Under the pieces are notes generated by a model. The model worked only from the letters and a program-made list of their open reading frames with translations, ran no database searches and was not told where the DNA came from. DNA of 64,000 bases from Octopus sinensis (lineage: Eukaryota): positions 16,244,001 to 16,308,000 of the forward strand of contig NC_043008.1 in NCBI RefSeq assembly GCF_006345805.1. The letters are read 5' to 3'. The position numbers and the translations under genes are program-made. Numbering within the stretch: position 1 is the stretch's first letter; every line of letters begins with the position of its first letter. Shown in pieces: positions 1 to 15,328 of the stretch.

Positions 1-27
1 CAACTCTTAATCTTACAGCCTAAAATA

Positions 28-210
28 AGGCGGCAAGCAGGCAAAATCGTTAGCATGCTGGGTAAAATGGTTAGCAACGTTTCGGCCGTCTTTACGTTAT
101 GAATTAAAATCCCGCCAAAGTGACTTTGATTCAAATCTATTGGCGGTCGAGAAAATAAGTACTAGTTGAGAACTCTGAACTTGCAGGCCTTACGCTAAAG
201 TTTGAAGTTA
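28..210 (+). mobile_element. tRNA-derived SINE, family A (degenerate copy)
   Basis: aaggcggcaagcaggcaaaatcgttagc...gtcgagaaaataagtactagttgag aligns by eye to the better copies at 36476 and 59781. Confidence 0.7.
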
Positions 211-1050
211 ATATTATTGCCTAAAATATTTGATCTATAATATTTTATTATAGATCAAATATAATACGCCACTCTCTTCACGCCACTGTACGCCACTCTC
301 TTCATAAGTCAAAATATATTATAATTAATGCAAAACTTCTTCTGAGACATTATACTATGCACGATATACAAGTTGTATACAATTCATGCAATTAAGCAGA
401 TTATCCGAAATAATAAATTATCAGGATATAACCAGGTTATAATTTGTTTACATAACAAACTTCAACTTAATTCAGTCACTTTTGTTACACGTTCAGTCAA
501 CAACAGTAAGTCAATATGCGCATATACATAACTCAATCTGCCATGTGTTGAAAATAAAATATTCATCTTCCTGAAATCACACTAAGAATTCTTAAAAAGT
601 TAAAGATGCAATATTAGTGGTGGCTCCTCGTATGTCGGAATTTCAACCGTGTTTCGTGGTCTGCTACCAAAACCGCTCCTTTATAGAATCCAGTTAGCTC
701 AAGACATCATTAGGAGGAACCACGTCCGGTTTCGGCCCCTACTCCTCTACCCTTTTGACGGGGCGACCCCGCTCTTTCGGAGGTGTCTTCAGCTCTGGTG
801 TTGGGTGCATATATTCTTTGTTCTTCTTTCTTCCGTTCCTTGGCCTCTTCGATGTAGCGTCAACGAGTGTCAGCGGGTGACTGACTGACTTGTCAAATCT
901 TTTCCCTTTAAATAAAAAAAAAACGAATTGCATATTTGAGATGCGTATTATCATAGTTATGATACATCATTACTTACCTCAATAGCAACTCTAAAAACCT
1001 CACATTACAACCTGTTCATAGAAAACTATTCCCATTAAAACGAGATCACA

Positions 1051-2205
1051 TGTGGTCGTATCATATATTTAATACAATCGCACGCGATCCCATTCTTAAA
1101 GAGTTAGACAAACCATTTATACATGCAGCACAATAGAACATAAGGGATTGACAACAAGTCACCGTTTGAGAGGCAAGATAAGATTTTATTTACAATGAAG
1201 TAAGGTTAGAAGTGTATGGGAGCATGCAACACGTGTTTGTGTCTGTGTGTTAGTGTGTGACAGAACAATGAATGTGGTTGACATAGAAAAGTACCTGATG
1301 GTGGAAGATAGCAGTCTTTGGTTGTTGAGCGTACATTGGCATAGTGGTTAAGGAACCATTGTATCATTTTGTTGTTTAGCGCTGTCTCTGGAGCTAGTTC
1401 TTACAAGAACTAAAGACAGGTAATTGATTTACTGTTTATGAGGTACACGAGGTGTAAGAGTTTCATATCAAGATGTTGTGTCTCAGAGCTGACATCTGTT
1501 GAATCGCTTGTTGCGATTATCTTTCTCTTGATATGAATATACTCCAGTTATGTTAACTGTAGCCGTTTTTTCCGTGGTGATATTTTCACCTAACCGCTAT
1601 AGTTGAATCTGTGATAGTCTTGTGTACTATTTAAAACTTCGTAGCTAGGGACGATGTTTGCTTGGTTTTTGTTCCTCTTGATATAGATTCCTGCAACCGT
1701 TTTTCCGTGGTGTGGTTTTCACACAAACAGTATGAGTTGGTTTTGTAGCCATCTTATGTACGAGCTAAATATTCGTAGGTAGCGACGGAGTTGGTGATGC
1801 CGTTATGTCTGGTTATATGGTCTCCGACCAGGACCTTAAAAGGTCTTAAGCCGACAGACGAGCTCTGTGGTCAGAGACTTAGCTCTGAAACGAACTAAAA
1901 GCCTAAGACGAATATTTGTCTGAAAAACCCTTGTTTTATAAGGTTTATATGGCTCCCAATGAACTTCAGAAATGGAAAGCTGTGGTTGGAACTATGCTTG
2001 GAACTATGGCGCGAAAATAAGCGGAGGCAAATCGCGTCAAGTGATAACCAGCGGTGCGAACGTAGTAGGGACCAACGTGTCAGCTAATCGAATTAGTGTT
2101 TACAACAATGTTGAACTAGCCGAAGATGTTTGTAATCTCGACCGAGGTTATTCTTAATACTCTTCTCAAACAGTGAAGATAGCAATGAGAGACGATATTG
2201 CTACA
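1051..2205 (-). mobile_element. Probable solo LTR (~1.15 kb)
   Basis: The minus strand starts TGTAGC and ends ACCACA (TG...CA). It has a TATAAAA near 1940, an AATAAA near 1190 and an internal ~135-bp duplication (ccgtttttccgtggtg near 1563 and 1697). There is no clean TSD. Confidence 0.45.
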
Positions 2206-2454
2206 CCATCATCGAAGTATCCAGAGACTTGGACACATATGAGAACAGGTGCTATGAAAAGACCATAATAACATTATCGTACCTACTTTGTGCATCGGAT
2301 AATCACAAACACGTAACCACTAGGGAAATCTAACATTATACTTTGGCAAAAACTATATTTATCTAGCTTGGCTGAACCACCTTCAGCGCTCGCTTGCGAA
2401 TCTCTCTATGGATGCATCTGAGCTTCAAACATGAAGGGGACATTGTGTTTTATT

Positions 2455-2620
2455 TACTCTTTACTCGCTCTCTCTTTTACCTGTTTCAGTCATTTGACTG
2501 TGACCATGCTGGGACACCGCCTTTAATCGAGCAACTCGACCCCGGGACTTATTCTTTTGTAAGCCCAGTACTTATTCTATCGGTCTCAAATGACAGAAAC
2601 AAGTAAAAGAATAAAAGAAT
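2455..2620. mobile_element. SINE family B 3' fragment (minus) fused to a plus-strand copy of the same 3' end
   Basis: 2455-2586 is the reverse complement of the 3' part of the 54009/62097 copies. 2587-2620 (caaatgacagaaacaagtaaaagaataaaaga) is the same tail in forward orientation. Confidence 0.8.
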
Positions 2621-2646
2621 ATATATATTTATCTACACACACACAT

Positions 2647-2954
2647 GTGGAGGCGCAATGGCCCAGTGGTTAGGGCAGCGGATTCGCGGTTTCGTTTCCC
2701 AGACAGGGCGTTGTGTGTGTTTATTGAGCGAAAGAACCCTAATGCTCTACGAGGCTCCCTGCAGCGGGTTGTGGCGACCCCTGTTGTACTCTTTCGCCCC
2801 ATCTTTCTCTCACTCTTTCTTCCTATTTCGTGAGTAACGCTGCGATAGACTAGCGTCCCGTCCAGCTGGGGGGGGGGACACACATATGCCATAGAAACCG
2901 GGAAACCGGGCCCATGAGCCTGGCTAGGCTTGAAAAGGACTCATAAATAAATAA
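2647..2954 (+). mobile_element. tRNA-derived SINE, family C
   Basis: A-box tggcccagtggt, B-box-like ggtttcgtttccc, ctgcgatagactagcgtcccgtccag domain, (TAAA)n tail and flanking acacacacat repeats. Homologous to 17721 and 21515. Confidence 0.9.
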
Positions 2955-3699
2955 ACACACACATAAATCTATATAGCTGTACGTGTGTATATGAGATTTA
3001 ATATTGACACATGTATAGGGTTACTTGCTCTTCGTGTGGTCAAGCGAATGAGATAAAAATTTTATCCGACTTAGGATCAATTAGATATATATAAAATGAT
3101 GAAAGCAAATATATAACAATACATTATATACACAGAACTCCCTTATTACCACACCAAATCATTATTTCAGACAAACTATTGTTAATCGTGGTATTAAAAC
3201 CGATAAAAGTACCTCCTAACTATAAACTAATGCCACTATATTAATGACTGATAAAACCTACGTGTTCAGTCGACCTGCTAGAAATTTGCAAAGAGTACGG
3301 CTCTAAATCACATATATTACCATCTATGAGAATATCACGTGACATTTTGTGTTCAAACGAAAGCAGGACAATCATCTCTGATCATTTATTATGATTTTAT
3401 TTTTACTTGTTGTTGATCTTGTGTTGTTGATCTTGTGTTGGTCTGGGATTATTCAACAAAAAAAATCATGAGCGAAATCAAATTATTTCTCGAATTTTCG
3501 AAGTTTGAAGTATAAAGAATATCATAGCAATGAATAAACTAGAGCCATTTTTAGACAGGAAACGAGTGGCTTTCATATTCAGAATAGCCGAATTTGGAAA
3601 ATATATTTGTAAATTGTGAACCAAAGAGGGTATGCAGACATTAACCACTTTTCAATAAATATTATATGCTTTGGAACTGTAGAGAAGGAATTCCTGTAC

Positions 3700-5520
<1,821 letters not shown>

Positions 5521-6169
5521 AATATATCACTTCAAAATACAATCTGATGAAATCTAGGCAGAAATGTGGTTAAGGTGTCTTCATAAGAATAAATGTATTT
5601 TTAATAAACTCAAATAAACGCATTAAACTTAATTAGGCAAGAAAATCATAAATTAATAGAAGACCAATTATGAAAACAAAAAACATACAAATATTAAAAT
5701 GAAATTTAACGGATTCCTCTAGAAATAAAAATTTCTCTTTGAAATGTGTAAAATGGTAAGCTTTCTCTTGGTAGTAATGAAACTGCGCCAACCGCTAACC
5801 TTCACCTATTCAAGACTATACCTCTCTCCATGTGCCGAACTTAGCCGAGGTCAATCATGGGTCAATGAAAATATAACTATTTATAGTAACACTAATATCT
5901 CCTAATGACAATTTATTTATTCAACCTCCTAGTTTCTTCAGCTTAACTTCGAATGGTAATAAATAATGGACCCTGATTAAACTACTGACAATAACACATG
6001 GTTGCGCATCTAAGAGAGCGCAGTCGATACAGTTGAAACGCGTATGACCACAAAAGAATGGTGTGTACAACTATTTCAAAAAATTATAGGAGTGATAAAT
6101 CGGCATTCTCCTGATTATACACACACACACACAGAAGCACAAATATATCCAGGTACATCCATATATATA

Positions 6170-6232
<63 letters not shown>

Positions 6233-6930
6233 ACAAAATGGGACAAGAACGCAAAACACCCGGCCAACTAGGTGATACAAAAAGGGGACAACAATACATT
6301 GAGAAAGACGATTCAAAGAAACCAAGGACGGGTCATTCGAAGTGTTTTATCTTCAGTCAAGAACCAGATTATCCTCGCAATTTCGGCTGATTATTCTTAT
6401 ATATATATTACATGAAAAATGCGGGCAAGAGAAATAATGTTCTTAAGAATATAAACCTGGAAAACTACAGGACACTCAGAAAAGTTCAGGAAATCTTATT
6501 ACATCTGGTAAAATCCTTGCAGCGAAGTATAAAATTTCAAATAAAATATTTAGATTTAGAAAATGCCAGCTTTTATTAAAACTAGAAATATTATATGTTA
6601 TTGCTTCAATTTGTTATTAGTTATTACTTCAATTAGAAAGAAAAAAATAACTCAAAAAATACTTTTTGCACTTTAATAAATTCATTTTATTAATCATTAA
6701 TTAAAAATAAGAAATTTGGAAATAGGCTACAAAAAGTGATAGTACAATAAATAGAATTAAAAAAATAGTTATATATTACAGTTAAATCTACCTATAACAA
6801 CAAATTCACAGTTAAATTTGCTATGAGGTTATTGCCAAGTCCTCACATTTATACTCTTGACATGATGCCTTTTTTTTTTAGCTAAGGATCAGTCCTCTTC
6901 AGAAATGTAATTTGGTTCAGAACTGAATTC

Positions 6931-7009
6931 GGCACAAGCTCTGAAAGATGTTGCGCGTGAGTAATTTGCAGCCTTAAGAATATTGCTCAAACACTACCGT
7001 AGTTGAATG

Positions 7010-7048
<39 letters not shown>

Positions 7049-7100
7049 ATATCATTCAACTACGGTAGTGTTTGAGCAATATTCTTAAGGCTGCAAATTA

Positions 7101-7171
<71 letters not shown>

Positions 7172-7200
7172 CACACGCACCACCTTTTAGAGCTTGTGCC
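6931..7200. repeat. Inverted repeat centred on (TA)n
   Basis: 6958-7010 and 7052-7104 are perfect 53-bp reverse complements. 6931-6960 and 7171-7200 pair at 26/30. Confidence 0.95.
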
Positions 7201-9608
7201 TAAATCATGAGAATTATTGGATAACATTGCATTTACGTTTTTTTCAGCAACCTGTAAGAGAGTGAAGTCATGTTGCATCTCCTAGATTGATATATTCGTT
7301 GTAATGAAAATACTGTAATGTATATTTTTGTTTTAAAAATTACATGGTGATGAATATACACAAAATTTAGCGTATCATATTGTCAATGCTAGAGCTATAT
7401 CCATACATATTTATGCATGCATACATATGTAGAAATATGCATATAACTTACACATGAACACACACTTATATATAATACTTATATGCATGCATATATAAGC
7501 ATCCACGTTTACTAATGATCAGGTAATCAAAGTTACAGAATATTGTTGCTGATGTGATAAAATAATGCACTGAAATTCAAATGCAACTCATAGATTATCA
7601 TGCAGCGGAACAGTTATTCGATTTATATGTATTACACTTTAGTTACTTTTCTCCTGAAGGGCATTGAAACATATCATGTCTTAATGAATGAAAATACATA
7701 GGACAAAGTACTCATGATAAAGAATAATATAATTGTTGCAGTAAAAATCAATATTTAAACAATACATTTCTCACATGCTTGTTCATACCACAGTAAAATG
7801 GTTTTGAAATCAGGAAAATGAGCGCAGCATTTACAGTGTTCAACTTTTTGATATGAAGGAACGAATTACGTTGCATGAAATAAATATAATAAACCACACT
7901 GAAAGAACTGTCACATAAATATATTAACTATTAATTAATAGAAGTATGGCTTTAGAAAATTACTTTACAATCAGACTCTCTATTTTTCGAATCATGTTCT
8001 GAATTTGCACCTACAATTTTTGATGCCGCTCATTATCTGAATTAGCTGCACTTTGGATTTGGAACAGTTCTTTCAAATATTATCGCTAAGACATACTAGT
8101 TGACAGAGGGTATCGGCCTTATCATGGTATAAACACAAATCTTCCATACGCATCAGGAAACAGTAATAGACGTCTAGTTTTGATTGGCACACATAATCGC
8201 GGACAAAACATGTCAGACTGTCTTAGTTATACAGCATATAATTGTATTATTACGCATCTGTTTTTAAGACCAGTTGACGAAGTAACTTATTTATTCCTGC
8301 CTTGAGACACCTCTCCTTCGACAAGTGAAAGGGGCGCTTGTCTTGTTATACAACGGGACTTGGGTGTTTCAGACCTAACTCAGCTCATACCTCTCCAGGT
8401 TTCAATCCAGCGAAGTACGTATAGAAACAGAGAAAGAGTAATGACATTGTTAGAGAATGAGAAGAACAGACCGGAATATAGGACTATTATTTTATGTACT
8501 AACTCGAAAGCACGAAGGAAACTATTAGCCACATCGGAATTTGAAATTAGCGCAAAGTTAAACTTCAACTGTAATTTAAGTTATTAAATATTCTAATTGG
8601 AATTCGCATTCCATAACAACATCCGCACCTACTAAAATTGATTAACTATTGAATTGTATAAGCACGTGCGTCGGACATCAAGACATGGTTTACGGCACAA
8701 AAGGCATCATTATAAACTTGCTGAAATAATATTAAGAATATCTCATGTCCAGTAAATATAGATGCACACGTATTACTTAAGATTAATTTTGAGAATGTGA
8801 TGAAAGACTTTACAATGAAAAAGGAGAAAATTTTTAAAATATAAAGTCAAAGTATACAAAAGTAAACAGTTTGAAAAACAGAAACTTAATTCATATTTTA
8901 TTATTGTTTATATTTTGAATTACATATATATGAGGGCACCAATATCTTTTAAGCGCTTACGGTCGCTGTTGGACTTAATTCAGTCATGCTACTAGTTTAA
9001 TACGGCCTTCACAAACGCTTCTCTCATCTATTATCGCTAGTCTATTTACACAGACATCTGTCAGTTCAGACTTGGAGAATGGATAGAAGCTGTTAAAATA
9101 TCTGCGATATTGCTTGTCACGAATGGAACTTCTTAAGCTTCTTCTTTTAAAGAATGTTATCCAGCAACCAAATTTTGAAGGACGCTTCGTCATTTCAGTA
9201 ACATAGCTGACTATTCATTATACATACTATAAATCTTAAAAAGGAAATATGGAAATGGTTTTCAAGAATAGATTCCTATCCTATAATACAAGTAGTGTGA
9301 AACTGATGCGACGTTAATTGGAAGGGTTTTATAAATAACACGAAGAAATATATACGTAGTGAATTAGTAATCTAAAATTGAACTAAACTCTATGCACATT
9401 ATGAAATAAAACATGTTCTCCTGAGGCAACGGCATCATCTAACGACATTTATTGAATGTAGAAAGTAAGCTGTATAATTCGTGACAAATAAGGTAAGCAA
9501 CCAAAGACAACAGATCTTGTTACTATTTCATTTCTTTTACGCATTCTATCTGCATTCCCTCAAATCACACTTTACATATATGTATATTACACACACACAC
9601 ACACACAC

Positions 9609-9648
<40 letters not shown>

Positions 9649-9912
9649 TTATCACACACACACAGATATATATATATATTATATATATATATATATATAT
9701 GTAAATTTAAATGTGTGTGTATATTTACCTAGATAGGTGTATCTATATTTTCTATAAGTATATTCACCTATCTATACATTATATATTGCATAAGATCTTT
9801 CAAATGCCAAAACAAGGCAACGCGCATTGTGGCCAGCGATGGATAACAACATCCGACATGTATATGTGATATACATGTATATGTATGAATATATATATGT
9901 GTGTATATATAC

Positions 9913-9943
<31 letters not shown>

Positions 9944-10040
9944 AATATATATATATATGTATGTATGTATATCTATATATATATATATATATGCATATGT
10001 ATATATATATATGTATACATATATATATGCATATACACAT

Positions 10041-10091
<51 letters not shown>

Positions 10092-10168
10092 CCAGGTAAT
10101 GTAATAAACCACGATAATATGTATATATGCGTATGTATATATCTATGTATTTATGTATGTTTGTATGG

Positions 10169-10445
10169 CCCTTGTATTTGAATTCTATGCAAATATTCTT
10201 TTAAAAAAATTTTCATTTATTTTTTCCGAAATTTAACTGTTTTCAATAGTTAGAGTTGAAAAAGTCTCAATGACTGGAACAGGTACGAAAATGCTTTTTA
10301 TGATAAAATTATTTGAGTATTTTCTACTTGACTTTTTTCTTAAACAGGCACTAAAATATATTTTATGTTAAAATTATTTTAGCATTTTCTACCTTGACTT
10401 TTTTTCCTTATATATGTATAGATACACACACCCACAACACATATA

Positions 10446-10509
<64 letters not shown>

Positions 10510-10708
10510 ATAGATAGATAGATAGATATGTATTAGGAAAAAAGTGAAGGTAGAAAATGCTAAAATAATTTTATCATAAAAAAACTTTTTAGTGTCTATT
10601 CCAGTCATTGAGACTTTTTCAACAGTAAGTATGGAAAACAGTTCAATTTGGGAAAAATGTAATGAAAAGTTTTTAAAAGAGTATTTGCATAGTATTCAAA
10701 TGCAAGGG
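10169..10708. mobile_element. MITE-like fold-back element with microsatellite core
   Basis: 10169-10410 and 10533-10708 are diverged reverse complements (e.g. gttgaaaaagtctcaatgactggaa / ttccagtcattgagactttttcaac). The centre is (TA)n(GATA)n, and the left arm carries a ~60-bp internal duplication. Confidence 0.75.
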
Positions 10709-10787
10709 GGCATTTTCCTTGTTTCTGCCTGTCTCTGTTTCTTTTGTTTACTCTTGTGGGTTCGAGGTCGTTGTGAATTCTTGGCAG

Positions 10788-10876
10788 AGAAGAAGAAGAA
10801 AAAGAAGAAGAAGACGAAGAAGAAGAAGAAGAAGAAGAAGAAGAAGAAGAAGAAGAAGAAGAAGAAGAAGAAGAAG

Positions 10877-10906
<30 letters not shown>
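10788..10906. repeat. (AAG)n trinucleotide microsatellite
   Basis: Direct; source of the poly-K/R/S ORFs. Confidence 0.97.
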
Positions 10907-10908
<2 letters not shown>

Positions 10909-11359
10909 GTAGGATGTAAAATGGTCAAGTGCCCTGAGGGTGACGCGTTGTGAATGGTAGTAGTTTTTTAATTCATGAGATAGCTCTTTTGAATGTATTG
11001 TTTTTAATATTTACGTAGTTGTTATCCCTAACAGCAGTAGAAGTAAAGAATGGAAGGTGGTGGCCGAGAGGAAGAAGAAGAATGATAAGGTGAAGAGGAT
11101 AATAATAAAGGAATGATAGTAGTACGATGATAAATGCCCAAGTGACCAAAAAGGGAATCGTTGTGGATTACAGTAGTGATCGGGACTGTTTTCAATGACT
11201 TCTTGGGTATTAATTTTTTTCAACGTATCATTCTTTTAATACGGGCGAAATTCACAAATTTCTGCACCAATAAACAACTATTGTTCCTGAAAAATGTTTT
11301 TTATATCTTCGTTGATGCTCACTAACATACTACACTTTGATCCTTGGATCCTACTTTTA

Positions 11360-11361
11360 CA

Positions 11362-11407
<46 letters not shown>

Positions 11408-11522
11408 ATATATATCTATCTATCTATCCTATCTATCTATCTATCTATCTATCTATCTGTCCATCTATCTATACATACATACCTACATACAAACCTCTCC
11501 TCTCCCTCTGTATATATATATG

Positions 11523-11556
<34 letters not shown>

Positions 11557-11646
11557 ATATACGTACATATATACATAATTATATTATATATTATATATAT
11601 ATACAATATATAGAATATACACATATATAATAAATATATATATAAT

Positions 11647-11680
<34 letters not shown>

Positions 11681-11821
11681 GATATACAATATATATATAC
11701 ATATACATATATATATATAAATAAATATATATATATGGATATATACATATATAAAAATATATACAGAGCGAGAGAGAGATGTTTATATATATATATATAC
11801 ATATATATAGATATACAACAT

Positions 11822-11874
<53 letters not shown>

Positions 11875-11983
11875 GATATACAATATATATATACATATAC
11901 ATATATTATAAATAAATATATATTATGTATATATACATATATAAAATTATACAGAGCGAGAGAGAGATGTTTATATATATATA

Positions 11984-12025
<42 letters not shown>

Positions 12026-12037
12026 ATATATATATAT
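11360..12037. repeat. Compound (TCTA)n/(TA)n microsatellite with a ~190-bp higher-order duplication
   Basis: The block ending atacagagcgagagagagatgtttatat occurs near 11761 and again near 11949. Confidence 0.9.
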
Positions 12038-13989
12038 CGTATACCGTTTTGTCCTTGTTCTTGGTAGAAAAAACTTCTAGTATGGAGTGAGTTGAGATTT
12101 GTTCCGTGGAACATTTATTTATTCTAGCAATTTAAACTCATAAGTGCTTGAGGCACAGAGGCATAGTCAACAACTACAATTTGACATCGCTAATGTATAT
12201 ATAACATCTTGTGTGCCTTTAAGTGTGTTTTCGTACCTGTAAATGTGTATGTCAGTGCATCACTAAAAGTCCGTGTTTAGAAAGGAAGGTAAAGTACAAA
12301 CGCATACTCTTTTATCTTACAAATATACTTTGATAACAATGCCGTGAAGTGTGGTTTAAGTGGCTGAACATATATTTGCAGCAGAAATGTTTAATAAAAG
12401 TTTTCCAGTAAACACTGGGTAAGTTTTTGTTTCACGGCTACTTGGAGAAAGTATCTTTAATTTGATTTTCTTATATTTTCGTATGAGATACTTTCGAGAG
12501 GACAATTATCAAGTCTGGCGCAACAATATTCCAGAGGAGAGTTTTACGTTCGCATACTAGAATTTTTCCGAGTAATGAGTTTTGAAGACATTTTTTGCGC
12601 AACTCTGCCTTACCTTAATATATACAGATATATTAAAGACTGTATGATATGAATGGCTTGCTAAGTAAATTCCTGGCAGTGCAGCTCCAAATATTTAAAT
12701 AATAAATAAGATTGGATGAAAAATATATTCGGTTCTTGTATTTTTGTTGCATTTTCGATGAATTATTTCTGCTCTCTATAAAGCATATATTTTTAAAGGC
12801 GTCATTCTAATATACAATTGTAACAATGAACAATACAGGCAAAATATACAACATTAAAGTATAAGATCATTATATGCTTAATATTAATTAATTCTTCATG
12901 TTTATTGGTGAATGTTTAGCATTGATATTAATACACTGAAATTTGTCGCTTAGTTTATTTAATAGAGCAGGTAAATTTATGACAACCTAAGGTTTAGAAA
13001 TTATCAACATTTGGAAACCTATCTTCTATTTTCAATAAATCAACATATTTGTAAAGCTGATGAAATCCTACGTAATTCCCTCCATTGTTAGTGCATTCAT
13101 ATCTTTCAAAATGAATAATAGCTTATCTAGATAAAGTCCAATATGCGCATAGCAGAATTTCTGCCGTGGTAAGTTTACGATTTAGAATCTTATCTCAATT
13201 CTGAGAGTACATTGTCACCTGAAAAAATTATTAGCCATTACGTTTAATAAAAGGAAATCTAAACAATATGATATCAGCATTAATGTCAGAATAATATCTA
13301 TTACGAATTCTAGTTCTGTTTTTTGTTGATCGTTTTTTCCCGTTGAGTCCGAAAAGTGATGCTCATATAGAGATATATCACTCTAATATATCTCACTGCT
13401 TATATTTACAAAGGTTATTATTATATCTCTCATTGATCAACTGAAGAGAGCGCATTGTAATAATAAGTATTTGAGTTTCTATTGGAAAGATATTTATTTT
13501 AACTGGCCCTAATATTATTAGTTTACTAGATTAGTTTATCAATATTACGGGTTAACGAAACATTTTTATATGCCTCATACAGTACTTATTTTGAGGCTAT
13601 ATATTTTGATTGTAAATTATTGTTATACTAATTTGCATTGCAAATTTTCTCATGGCTTGTGTCTATGTTATATTCGTAAATCAGTTTCGCATATATTTCT
13701 TGTACATAGCGAAACTGATTACCTTATGTACAACGTTTGAATGATGCCAGCATTTCATAAAACGCATAAAATTCTCCCCGTAAAAATTCCCATCTATTAT
13801 GTTTTATAATAAAATTAGAATTAAGGTGTCTTATACCGAAATTGTTGCTGTTTCAATAACCAATATAAAGCCGTTGTTTCACAAACAGGCACGCATATCT
13901 CATCTCAATTCTGAAATTGCAATAAGTTTTATATCTAATTAACCAAGGTCATGTATTTGTGTAAAGTAATATAAGTGTAGGTACCAAAT

Positions 13990-14185
13990 TTTGGCACCAA
14001 GCCAGCAATTTCGCGAGCGAATAAGTCGATTACATCGATCCCAGTACTCAACTGGTACTTATTTTATAAAACCCCGAAAGGATGAAGCCAACGTGAACCT
14101 CATCGGAATATGAGCAGAGAATGTAGAGACGGAAGGAGTGCCGCTAAGAATTTTACGTGACGTGCTAACGGTTCTGCCAGCTCGC
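13990..14185 (-). mobile_element. SINE family A
   Basis: Reverse complement of the gcgagctggcagaaccgttagcacg head and the ttcatcctttcgggg...ataagtaccagttgagtactggg domain. Confidence 0.85.
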
Positions 14186-15328
14186 AGTAATAACAGTAAC
14201 ACTAACATTCTGTTTAGCCATTGAAAACATGTAGCTGCATTCAGATAATTAGAGTGACACCTCAAAAGCATATCGAAATACATCTAGAGTTTAAATGAGA
14301 GTGATGTGCATTTTAAAAGTAAGTCGAATACTCTGTTATTGGAAAATTTTCCCAAATATACATAACTGAAGGTGTTTTATTTTATGGAAAAATATAATAT
14401 CCTACTGCAGCCCTTTACACTTTTCATCTAAACTTTTACAATCAATAAACTATTATAGATATTTCCATTGATATTTTTGGGGCTACTTCTAAACATGAAT
14501 AAAATTTTGAATTTGCCTTATAATAAAATTAAATACATTTAAAAGGAAACGCACACTTGTTCGTCAATATAACAAACGACCATAAACATAATTAGTATTT
14601 AAAATTATATATATATACCTCGCAGAACAATTAAAGATATCACGTTTTTAGGTACCAATAAATAAATTTGCTCTGGTTTCTGCGTTGAAATTTCAATGCA
14701 TGGATACGGCTTTTTCGTAGGGGGAAGGGATTCGAGGGTCAACAAATTAAATCTCACTGAACACTCATATTTCGATTTTTATGAACATTTTTGTTTATAC
14801 ATTGTGTAGCGTTTTCACTGATATATTCTCCGACACTTTAAATACACAGCGACGTGAAATTTAGCATTTTGACTTAGTATATTCATGCATATGCATTTGT
14901 GTATACATACATATACAATCCCAGTCACAATCACATGCGGAGCGTCCTCTGTTATACGTTTTCATTCAAGTTAGAAGTAGTAACATATCACAGTCACATA
15001 TAGTAGCTGTAATATGTTTTAAATACAGATCTCAATGAAACAGACCAGATGTTATTCAATGAGAAGGAAAACAAAAAAATCAGTAACCATAAGTATCACT
15101 TCAGGCATATTAATAAAATATATACATATCTCCTATACACATACGTTGACGTTTGTACATGAAACTCTTTTGTACATGTGATTATTTCTGAAATGTCGAG
15201 ACAGAAGAGAATATTGTACTTCAGTAGAACTGAGAAATTCGCTATAAGAATTAGATTCTAAAACTCAGAACGTTATCGATAATACGAATACACATATATT
15301 GAGCAAATTTATGTTTGTATGTGTAATA

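Noticed and set aside
750-798. Minus-strand CTGAAGA...GAAA...cggggtcgccccg-TC hammerhead-like string
   Set aside because: Stems I and II do not pair and there is a 3-nt insertion before stem III, so it is likely chance.
2647-2720. tRNA genes at SINE heads (also 17721, 21515, 28686, 54009, 62097)
   Set aside because: A and B boxes are present, but there is no complete cloverleaf and each continues into a shared SINE body and tail.
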